DNA from: an uncultured Gammaproteobacteria bacterium
Lineage (GTDB): Bacteria; Patescibacteriota; Microgenomatia; Levybacterales; UBA12049
DNA length: 64,000 bases
NCBI GenBank assembly: GCA_964553245.1
Contig: CAZKJM010000001.1
Coordinates: 296,977 to 360,976, forward strand
Reading direction: 5' to 3'
The notes under the pieces are model-generated. The model worked only from the letters and a program-made list of their open reading frames with translations. It searched no databases and was not told where the DNA came from. A program made the translations under genes and the position numbers. Shown here one piece after another: positions 16,659 to 25,007 of this stretch. Every line of letters begins with the position of its first letter. The stretch's first letter is position 1.

Positions 16659-19064
16659 CTAAGTAGTTTTATAAGTTAAATTATTTTCTTTGTCGACGGA
16701 TACAAGAATTTTATTTCCTCTTTTTACTTCTTCTTTTAAAATAGTTTTAGAAATTAAATCTTCTATGTTGTCTTGAACAAATCTTCTAAGCGGTCTTGCG
16801 CCAAAATCTTTATCAAATCCTTCCTTTGCAATTTTTTCCACAACTTGATCTTCGAAAATTATTGTTATTCCCTGTTCATCAAGTTTTTTATGAACATCTT
16901 TTAAAATAAGTTTTACTATCTCTATTACTTCTCTTTCTCCAAGCGGCTTAAAGACAATAACTTCGTCAAACCTATTTAAAAGCTCCGGCTTTAATATTCC
17001 TTTAGTTTGTAAAAATTCATATAGCTCTTCCTTAAATTTTTTATCTACTGTTTGTCCCTGATTAATTTTTTCGCGAATAAATTCTGATGCCGCATTGGAA
17101 GTTGCAATAATAATCGCGTTGGAAAAAGAAACTGTTTTACCTTTATTATCTGTTAATCTTCCGTCGTCTAAAACCTGCAAGAATAAATCCATTATTTTAG
17201 GATTTACTTTTTCGAATTCGTCTAATAAAACCAAAGAAAACGGATTATCATAAATTTTTTCTGTTAATTCTCCCTTTTCGTCTTCTTCTCCCGGTGTCGA
17301 ACCAAGCAATCTTTTTATCCCTTCGTTATCTTGATATTCGCTCATATCAAGTCTTATCATTTTATCTTCGCTTTTAAAATAAACGGCAGCAAGAGCTTTT
17401 GCAGTTTCTGTTTTCCCAACTCCGGTTGGACCCAAAAAAAGAAAAGAAATCGGCTTTTCTTTACTAGCAAGACCGCTTCTTATTCTTCTTATTGCTTCTG
17501 AAATTGCCGATACCGCTTCCTCTTGATCGATTACTCTTTTATGAATTTCGTTTTCCATATTTAAAAGCAATTCCTTTTCTGCTTCTTTTGGCTGACCTAC
17601 TGCAATTGCTGTTTTTCGCTCAACTTGATTTATTACGTCCTCTTCTTCTAAAACTTTTTTGCCGGAAATTAACACTCCGCCAATTGAGTCTTCTAAAAGA
17701 TTAATCGCTGCTCCGGGCAAAACTTTGTCTTTTGAATATTTGGAGGAATAAGTTAACGAAGTGATTATTGCTCGATAACTTAACGCGATTTTTTTGTATT
17801 TCTCTATTTCAACTGCTTTTTCAAATAACATTTCTAAAGCCATTTGTTGCAACGGCTCTTCAAGTCTTACGATTTCAAACGAATTTAAAAAAGTAACTTT
17901 TGGCTCAACAAATTTTTTATATGATCCAAGCGTTACCGTAGTGATAATTCTTATTACTCCTTTTTCTATATATGGTGCTAAAACTCCTGATAAATCAAGT
18001 TTAAAGGTAGAGCTCCCCAGGATATTCTCAAAATTTGGAATATATAGAATAACATCTTTTGCGTGAGCGATTTCCGTAATAATTGCGTTTAATCTTTTTT
18101 CCAATTCTCCCTGGTCATTTGCGCCAGCCAAAAGAGAATCAACCATTAACTGTAAAAACCTTTGATGATAAAGATTACCCTTTAAGTTGCCAATAAAACT
18201 TTCAAAAGCCAGTGATTCAACCAAAGACTTTTTCCCGCTTCCCGGTTCGCCTACCAAAATTAAGCTTTTGTTTCTAAGTAACCCTTCTATGCTTTCTTTA
18301 TATTCCTTTACCCTTCCTAAAAACATTGGATTTTTACCTATAACTTCCGATGTTATGTCAATTGTGTATTTTTTTGTTTCAAGCGTCCATCCAGATACCC
18401 AATCTTCTGCAATTCCTTTACCCCAAAAATTAATTCTAAGCGGTTTTATTTCTTCAAATTGCGAATAATAAACGTGTGACCAATATAAAATGTGCAGAAT
18501 CTCTTCTTTTTTTATTTTTTTATTAAATAGAAATCTTGTCCTTTCTTCTGTTAATAAAAGATAAGCAACAAAAATATCCGAAGTTGTTATGTATTTAACG
18601 TTTATGTCTTTTGCTATTTCAAAGGCTTCTTTTAATATTTCTTCTCTTGAAATATCGAATTTCTTAATCTCACTTGGTAAAGCATTTATTTTTTCTAAAA
18701 TAAAATTGACCGACTTTGTTTTTAATAATCCTTTTAAAATTCGGTTTATGTCTTTGTGGGACCAAATACCTAAGCAACGAATTGTTAATGATTCTAAAAT
18801 ATTTTTTCCGTCGTTTTTGTTAACAGTAATCGTTGGCATCATTTTTCCGATTTTAAAGAAAAGAAATGCTTCCAAAATTAAATAAAGCGAAATCAAAAAT
18901 AAAGGAAAATTTGGAAAAACTTTGCTTGCAAAAGAATCATAACTCATAAAAAGAACTACTAAAAGAAATAAAATCCTGATTATTTTTATTGGAATTGAAT
19001 TATAAAAATGAAAAATTTTTGAAAAATAATACATATTAAATAAACAAAACCCAGACTGTTGCAA
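16659..19064 (-). CDS. Membrane-anchored Clp/Hsp100-like AAA+ ATPase with a degenerate first nucleotide-binding domain
   Basis: 801 aa. The N-terminus has 2-3 hydrophobic helices; an alternative start is the ATG at 19034. NBD1 has Walker A GEPGSGKKS (GKK instead of GKT) and Walker B IPNF instead of IDE. NBD2 is canonical (GPTGVGKT, LLDEFEK, NRFDEVIVFKPL). Confidence 0.75.
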   Translation of the reverse strand: MQQSGFCLFNMYYFSKIFHFYNSIPIKIIRILFLLVVLFMSYDSFASKVFPNFPLFLISLYLILEAFLFFKIGKMMPTITVNKNDGKNILESLTIRCLGIWSHKDINRILKGLLKTKSVNFILEKINALPSEIKKFDISREEILKEAFEIAKDINVKYITTSDIFVAYLLLTEERTRFLFNKKIKKEEILHILYWSHVYYSQFEEIKPLRINFWGKGIAEDWVSGWTLETKKYTIDITSEVIGKNPMFLGRVKEYKESIEGLLRNKSLILVGEPGSGKKSLVESLAFESFIGNLKGNLYHQRFLQLMVDSLLAGANDQGELEKRLNAIITEIAHAKDVILYIPNFENILGSSTFKLDLSGVLAPYIEKGVIRIITTVTLGSYKKFVEPKVTFLNSFEIVRLEEPLQQMALEMLFEKAVEIEKYKKIALSYRAIITSLTYSSKYSKDKVLPGAAINLLEDSIGGVLISGKKVLEEEDVINQVERKTAIAVGQPKEAEKELLLNMENEIHKRVIDQEEAVSAISEAIRRIRSGLASKEKPISFLFLGPTGVGKTETAKALAAVYFKSEDKMIRLDMSEYQDNEGIKRLLGSTPGEEDEKGELTEKIYDNPFSLVLLDEFEKVNPKIMDLFLQVLDDGRLTDNKGKTVSFSNAIIIATSNAASEFIREKINQGQTVDKKFKEELYEFLQTKGILKPELLNRFDEVIVFKPLGEREVIEIVKLILKDVHKKLDEQGITIIFEDQVVEKIAKEGFDKDFGARPLRRFVQDNIEDLISKTILKEEVKRGNKILVSVDKENNLTYKTT

Positions 19065-19368
19065 ACGGCCATAAAATAAAACTTAAAATCAAAATAAATT
19101 CAATTAAAATGAGTAAGAATAGCAATAATAGATCTGCTAAGATTACGAAGGTTTTTATAAACATACCCATTCCGATTGAAAAACCAACCAAACCTTCACG
19201 ATATTCATTTTTCCACGGCTTAAAATAGGTTTGTAAAACCAGAGGTAAAGAAAAAAGTTTTAAAAAAGCGTCGTTTAAAGATAAAAAAAATAAGATCATT
19301 TCTTTCGGTGCTTCTACAAACCAAAACTTTAAGAATACAAAAGGAAGTTTTAAATAAAAACTAACCAT
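19036..19368 (-). CDS. Small hydrophobic membrane protein
   Basis: 110 aa with multiple TM segments. Its stop overlaps the Clp-like start region (TAATATG). Confidence 0.35.
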   Translation of the reverse strand: MVSFYLKLPFVFLKFWFVEAPKEMILFFLSLNDAFLKLFSLPLVLQTYFKPWKNEYREGLVGFSIGMGMFIKTFVILADLLLLFLLILIEFILILSFILWPFATVWVLFI

Positions 19369-19470
19369 AAATAAAAACTAACCATAAATAAAACGGCAAA
19401 TTTTGTCTCGCCGGCAGGCGGATAATTCTAGTGTAGAGAGATTTACAAAAAATTGCAATCTTAAATAGAA

Positions 19471-21759
19471 TTATTTTTTAGTACAAATAAGCGGACACAA
19501 TTGTATGGATTCCTTATTAGAAGAACAACTTGGGTCAATTTTACAGTTATAAAAAACTAATGTTGTTGTAGTTGTAGATTTTGTTCCACTACCGCTTCCG
19601 CTAGGTGGTAAAGTCGTAGAAGTCGAAGAATCAATTGTAGTAGTTGTACTTGCCGGAACAGGATTACTGTCCGGTATAATTACTGGGGGTGTACCGGTTG
19701 AACTATTTAACATTGTTACCTTTATTAAATATTCCATTTCCAGATTATTAACTAAATCTACGCTTTCCTGTAATATGCTTGATTCTCCGTTTCCATAAGG
19801 AATATTTATTACAAGCGTGTAATTTCCTATCGGTAAGTTATTAAAAGAAAAATTTCCATCTGCTTGCGTGACATAAGACGGAGAAGATAATCCATAAAGA
19901 GCTAACGTCGCTCCTGCAAAGTTTTTGTCTTGAGAGTCTTTTTGCCCATTATTATTTACATCCTCATAAACATTTCCAAATACTTTTCGCGGTATATCAG
20001 TCCCACCCGAAATCGGACCGGTAGTACTAGTAGTTGCAATTGTTGATGTTGTAGTAATAGTTGAACCAGTTGATGGCGGTCCTCCAGCGCATTCAGGAAT
20101 CATTGATTGTTGACCCAAGCATTTTGCACCGCTTTGTTCTCCATCGGGTTGCTGGTCCATCTCTGTTGCCTGAAGAGCTTTTTTTACCTCCGCGCAATTA
20201 TTAGATTCAATACCATAAAGATCTGTGCAAGATTGGATTACTGCTGTATATAAAGATTTAAAGTTAGCGCTTTGGGAAAGATAAGTTGTTAATGCCCTAT
20301 AAACTATTCCTCCGGCAACCTGTCTTCCTACGCCATTAATCAAACATCCATTAAAACTTCCTCCATCGGCCATTAAATAATAAGCTTTGTTTAATACGCC
20401 ATTATTGTAATGCACTCCACCATTATCACTAGTCCCACAATAGTAATTAGCTGAAAAAAGACGATCGGGTTGACTTTTTAGAGTTGGGTCAGACATATCA
20501 CGAATAACCCTACCTGTATCTTCACCCATTGTCCAATTACCATCAATATTACTGGCAAAAACATCCGACATGCTTTCATTAAGCGCACCTGATTGATATT
20601 TATAAACTAAGTTTGCAGTGTACTGGGTTACCGCATGCGTTAATTCATGAGCCGTTACATCTAGGACTGCCATACTTGGACAAAAGTACATTTGATTTGA
20701 AGTTCCGCTCCAGCTGGCATTTGGACATTTTCCATTCATTGGATGATTAACGTTGGCAATAATTTTTGATCCCTGATTATTAAAGCTATCTCTTCCAAAA
20801 GAATTATAATAATAATTATAAATTAAGCCTAAAATATTATACGCGTTGTCAACATCTGGAATTGCTGATTCTGCCTGACCTTCACTTCTTGTCATCTGAC
20901 AAGAAGTAGTATTATTACAATTATTAATCTGCCTATCCAATAGCTCTATTACCTTATCTTCTTCGTAAACAACTTTACCCGTTTCAAAATCTATGAAATA
21001 TTGTTTTGAGAAAAAAGGAGGATCTCCGGCGCTAATCACAAAAGAATAAGTTAAATAGTTTACATTATCATTACTTATTCCCAATAATTTTTTGTTGATA
21101 ATATATTTTCCAAATGGGGTAACATTCAGCTTATTGGGCATTCCACTGTCTTCTCCAGCTTCATTTACGGCAACCTCTTGAACTTCTTTTTGAGTTAAGA
21201 TTTCTTTTGTTGTTTGATTATTGTAAATAAGATTACCTATTATTGCATATATTTCATTTTTATTTTTTAAATGTACCATTAATGAACCGCCATATACAGG
21301 AACATCGTTTATTTTTTGATCAAAGACATAGTGTTCGTTGTTAAGGATTACATTATTTTTTGTTAAATAAACTTCTTTATTATCTTTTTGCTCTTTAACA
21401 ACGCTCGTATTTTTATCAAAATTTTTGGGGAGAAGTTCTATCCCGTCTCTGTATTTAGGATTATTTTTAATAAAGTTTTTAATGCCATCTAAGCCTTCCT
21501 TATCCGTTTTGTATAGATATCCCTTTTCTGAATTTATCGAAATATAACTTACTCCGTTTTCTATTTTTACACTGGAATATTTGGATAATTCATCTTCTAA
21601 AACTACCGGACTTATCTTTTTATTTAAAACAAATAAATCAATAAAGAAAAACAGTATTAATAAAAAAAATAATCCACCGACTATCAGTGTTTTTATTCTA
21701 TGCTCTTTGAGGGACAATTTTATTTTTTGAAATAGTGTCCAACCCTGATTTTCTTCCAT
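19471..21759 (-). CDS. Membrane-anchored M4 (thermolysin-like) zinc metalloprotease with C-terminal Cna-B/prealbumin-like and Thr-rich domains
   Basis: 762 aa with an N-terminal TM helix. HELTHAVTQY plus GALNESMSDVFA gives the HExxH...E signature of M4 proteases. The C-terminal segment GNVYEDVNNNGQKD is Cna-B-like. Confidence 0.8.
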   Translation of the reverse strand: MEENQGWTLFQKIKLSLKEHRIKTLIVGGLFFLLILFFFIDLFVLNKKISPVVLEDELSKYSSVKIENGVSYISINSEKGYLYKTDKEGLDGIKNFIKNNPKYRDGIELLPKNFDKNTSVVKEQKDNKEVYLTKNNVILNNEHYVFDQKINDVPVYGGSLMVHLKNKNEIYAIIGNLIYNNQTTKEILTQKEVQEVAVNEAGEDSGMPNKLNVTPFGKYIINKKLLGISNDNVNYLTYSFVISAGDPPFFSKQYFIDFETGKVVYEEDKVIELLDRQINNCNNTTSCQMTRSEGQAESAIPDVDNAYNILGLIYNYYYNSFGRDSFNNQGSKIIANVNHPMNGKCPNASWSGTSNQMYFCPSMAVLDVTAHELTHAVTQYTANLVYKYQSGALNESMSDVFASNIDGNWTMGEDTGRVIRDMSDPTLKSQPDRLFSANYYCGTSDNGGVHYNNGVLNKAYYLMADGGSFNGCLINGVGRQVAGGIVYRALTTYLSQSANFKSLYTAVIQSCTDLYGIESNNCAEVKKALQATEMDQQPDGEQSGAKCLGQQSMIPECAGGPPSTGSTITTTSTIATTSTTGPISGGTDIPRKVFGNVYEDVNNNGQKDSQDKNFAGATLALYGLSSPSYVTQADGNFSFNNLPIGNYTLVINIPYGNGESSILQESVDLVNNLEMEYLIKVTMLNSSTGTPPVIIPDSNPVPASTTTTIDSSTSTTLPPSGSGSGTKSTTTTTLVFYNCKIDPSCSSNKESIQLCPLICTKK

Positions 21760-21768
21760 AAAACTATT

Positions 21769-22317
21769 CTAATTGTTTCTAGTTTTTATCTCAATGCTTT
21801 TACTATCGATTTGTCTAATAAGAATAATTTTTGTTCCAAATGCTTCAAGTTCTTCAATGCAATCTCCGCTGAATCCGCCGCAGGTAAACTCAAGTTTTTT
21901 TATCATTTGATCCTTATTTTTAATATCGATTTTTGCTGAAGATATGCAATCGTGGCATCCAGAATCGGCTGGAACAGATTCTTTTAATATTGCCGATATT
22001 GTAGTATTGGGGATTAAAAATTCCTCATCTTTCTTTAATAGATATGTTTTTTGTATTGTATTTTCCAAAATAGTTGAAGTTGTTACAGTGCTTGAGGATA
22101 AATAATCAAGTCTAATAACTGATTGCTTATTGGGGTACTTTAAAAAAAGCATTGCCGCTAAAATTATTGGAAAAAACCCAAATACAGTAAAAATTACCGT
22201 TGATAGAACCTTATTCTTTTTAACAACAGATAATACATTTGTATGGGTTGATTCTTTAATTTCCGGTTGAAGATTAACTTGTGTTTCCGCTAATGGCTGA
22301 TTTTGATTTTCTTCCAT
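21769..22317 (-). CDS. Hypothetical single-pass membrane protein with a 4-Cys ectodomain
   Basis: 182 aa with a TM helix at about residue 40. The motif is GCHDC...CGGFSGDC. Its N-terminus starts MEENQ, as does the M4 protease. Confidence 0.35.
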   Translation of the reverse strand: MEENQNQPLAETQVNLQPEIKESTHTNVLSVVKKNKVLSTVIFTVFGFFPIILAAMLFLKYPNKQSVIRLDYLSSSTVTTSTILENTIQKTYLLKKDEEFLIPNTTISAILKESVPADSGCHDCISSAKIDIKNKDQMIKKLEFTCGGFSGDCIEELEAFGTKIILIRQIDSKSIEIKTRNN

Positions 22318-22320
22318 AGT

Positions 22321-25002
22321 TTAAGCCGAGCTTACCACTGACGCTTGAGTTCCATCAACAGAGGAATTAGAACCTGACGATGCGGAGGGATTATTTTGTG
22401 GCTGATTATTTATTTGATTAATCATTCCGTTTTGCTGTAATTGACCTGCTTCTTGCTGAGCTTGAAGATTTTGCGAAGCTCCGTTTAAATCATTTTGCTG
22501 GTTTGGTTGGCTTTGATTATTTATCGCTTTTGTAAAATTAAATTCTTCTTTTTGCTTATCGTAACCAATTTTTATTTTATCTCCCGTTACAAATGTTTTA
22601 TTAATAATTAAAATTGCAATCGGGTTTTCAATGGAGCTTTGAATAAGTCTTCTTAATGGTCTTGCTCCGTAAATTGGATCATAACCTTCTTTTGCTAAAA
22701 CCTGAAGGGCAGCATCGGCAATCTCTAGATCAAATCCTTGCGCTTTAAGAAGCTTTCCTGTCGCATTAATGCCAAGCTTTGCTACCTCAGTCATATTTTC
22801 TTGAGTTAACGGCTCAAAAACTACCACACCGTCAAATCTATTAAGAAGTTCCGGCTTAAAGAATTTCCTGAGTTCATCCACTAAGAGTTTTGTTAGATCC
22901 TTAAATTTTGCGCTTATTTTTTCCGATGGCGATTCAGTTTTCTCTTCAGGCTTTACGGTGTTTGTCTTTTTTTCTTCTTTTTTGTCTTCCGTGTAACCCA
23001 AGAGCTCCTGTTGAATTAAAGCGCTTCCAATATTTGAAGTTGCAATAATAATTGTATTTTTAAAAGAAATCGTGTTGCCTTTATTGTCTGTTAATCTTCC
23101 GTCTTCTAATAATTGAAGTAAGATATTAAATACATCCGGGTGGGCTTTTTCGATTTCGTCGAGTAAAACTATTGAGTATGGCTTTGTTCTTACAGCTTCT
23201 GTTAGCTGACCACCCTCTTCATATCCAACATATCCAGGAGGAGCTCCAATAAGTTTTGCAACTTCGTGTTTTTCCATATATTCACTCATATCTAGTCTTA
23301 CCATTGCGTCTTCTTTGCCAAACAATAATTCTGCAAGAGTTTTTGCTAATTCTGTTTTACCAACTCCGGTTGGACCTAAAAAGATAAATGATGCAATTGG
23401 TCGATTAGCATTAGAAAGCCCGATTCTTCCTCTTCTCACAGCTTCTGCAACTGTTGCAACCGCATTTTTCTGATTTATTAATCTCTTATGAATTATTTCT
23501 TCCAAGTGTAAAAGTTTTTCGCTTTCATTTTCGGTTAACTTGGTAATTGGTATTCCTGTCCAACTACTGACAACTTTTTCTATATCGGGTTTCTTGATTT
23601 GATTATCCTGTCTTTTTCCCTCATTCATCTGAAGCCTTACTTCCGCTGCTGCCTCATCCAAAAGGTCAACTGCCTTATCCGGAAGATATCTTTCGCCTAT
23701 ATATCTTTTAGAAAGCTTTACCGAAGCTTCAATTGCCTCCGGGGTCATTACGACCTTATGGAAAGTTTCGTACTTTGGCTTTAAAACGTTTAACATTTCT
23801 ATTGCCACTTCCTCTGTTGGTTCTTCGACTAAAACAGGCTGGAATCTTCTTTCAAACGCTTTGTCTTTTTCAAAATGTTTTCTGTACTCCGTAGTTGTAG
23901 TTGTTCCAATCATCTGGAGTTGTCCTCTTGCTAAAAAGGGCTTTATAATATTTGACGCATCCATTGCGCCTTCTGTGTCTCCTGCGCCAATTAATGTATG
24001 TACTTCATCTATAAATAAAATTACTGCGCCGCCTGATGCTTGGGTTTCTTTAATTATACTTCTTAATCTTTCTTCAAATTCTCCTCTATGAGAAGCACCT
24101 GCGACAAGAGAAGACAAATCTAGCTGAATTATTTTTTTATTAGCAAGGTCTTTTGGTGCTTTTCCGGAAACTATGTCTGATGCCAATCCTTCTACTATTG
24201 CTGTTTTACCAACTCCTGCTTCTCCGATGATAATCGGATTATTCTTTGTTCTTCTTAAAAGAATATGGACAAGTCTTTCAACCTCCCTGTCTCTCCCTGT
24301 TATCGGGTCTAGTTTACCGCTCTTTGCTTGTTCTGTTAAGTCTAAACCAAACTGCTCAAGTGCTGATTTTTTTCCATACACAAAACTTGACGATTTAGCT
24401 AATTTTTGTTCAATTTTATCCTTATTTAAACCTTCTTGTTGAAGAGTATTGCTAATTTGACTATTTTGGGAAAAAATCGAAATTAAAACATCTTCGGGGC
24501 TTATAAATTCAACTCCTCTTTCTTTTACCTGAGAGTAAGCCTTTTCAAAAATTTGTTTTGAGTTATCGCTTAATGTCGGCTGACCTGTAAAATTACCCAT
24601 TATCTCTTTTGTTTGAATTTCCTTAGAAAGCCTACCAACATCTGTAGAAAAATCAGCCAATAATTTACAAACTTCGCTGTCATAAAGAAGACCAAAGAGT
24701 ATTTGTTCCGGTTCAATTAAGGGCTGCTGTATTCTTTTTGCTTCATTTTGAGCCTGAGATAAAACCTGAGACATTCTTGTATCTAAATGCGACATTACAG
24801 ACATATCTTGTCTAACTTCGGGGTTTATCTGAGAACCAACAATATTGTTTGCTTGATTTTGCTGCGGCATTTGCTGAAAAGGTTGTTGTATAGAATTAAC
24901 CTGTTGAGGAAATGAAGAATTTTGCTGAACAGGAATTTGTCCTGCATTATTTACTTGTTGCTCTTCTTGATGTTTTTTTGATGAAAATAAATTACCTAAC
25001 AT
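22321..25002 (-). CDS. clpC: ClpC/ClpA-type two-ring AAA+ unfoldase (Hsp100) with Q/N-rich N- and C-terminal low-complexity tails and no extended M-domain
   Basis: 893 aa. It has Clp_N repeats, a canonical NBD1 (GEAGVGKT, ILFIDEVHTL) and a canonical NBD2 (GPTGVGKT, LLDEIEK). The inter-NBD linker is only about 40 aa. Residues 1-70 and the last 90 residues are Gln/Asn-rich. Confidence 0.85.
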   Translation of the reverse strand: MLGNLFSSKKHQEEQQVNNAGQIPVQQNSSFPQQVNSIQQPFQQMPQQNQANNIVGSQINPEVRQDMSVMSHLDTRMSQVLSQAQNEAKRIQQPLIEPEQILFGLLYDSEVCKLLADFSTDVGRLSKEIQTKEIMGNFTGQPTLSDNSKQIFEKAYSQVKERGVEFISPEDVLISIFSQNSQISNTLQQEGLNKDKIEQKLAKSSSFVYGKKSALEQFGLDLTEQAKSGKLDPITGRDREVERLVHILLRRTKNNPIIIGEAGVGKTAIVEGLASDIVSGKAPKDLANKKIIQLDLSSLVAGASHRGEFEERLRSIIKETQASGGAVILFIDEVHTLIGAGDTEGAMDASNIIKPFLARGQLQMIGTTTTTEYRKHFEKDKAFERRFQPVLVEEPTEEVAIEMLNVLKPKYETFHKVVMTPEAIEASVKLSKRYIGERYLPDKAVDLLDEAAAEVRLQMNEGKRQDNQIKKPDIEKVVSSWTGIPITKLTENESEKLLHLEEIIHKRLINQKNAVATVAEAVRRGRIGLSNANRPIASFIFLGPTGVGKTELAKTLAELLFGKEDAMVRLDMSEYMEKHEVAKLIGAPPGYVGYEEGGQLTEAVRTKPYSIVLLDEIEKAHPDVFNILLQLLEDGRLTDNKGNTISFKNTIIIATSNIGSALIQQELLGYTEDKKEEKKTNTVKPEEKTESPSEKISAKFKDLTKLLVDELRKFFKPELLNRFDGVVVFEPLTQENMTEVAKLGINATGKLLKAQGFDLEIADAALQVLAKEGYDPIYGARPLRRLIQSSIENPIAILIINKTFVTGDKIKIGYDKQKEEFNFTKAINNQSQPNQQNDLNGASQNLQAQQEAGQLQQNGMINQINNQPQNNPSASSGSNSSVDGTQASVVSSA

Positions 25003-25007
25003 AATTA

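Noticed and set aside
19400-19470. GC-rich palindrome CGCCGGCAGGCGG downstream of the M4 protease gene as a terminator
   Set aside because: The stem is only 4 bp around the GCCGGC core, and no T-run follows on the coding strand. This is insufficient for a terminator call.
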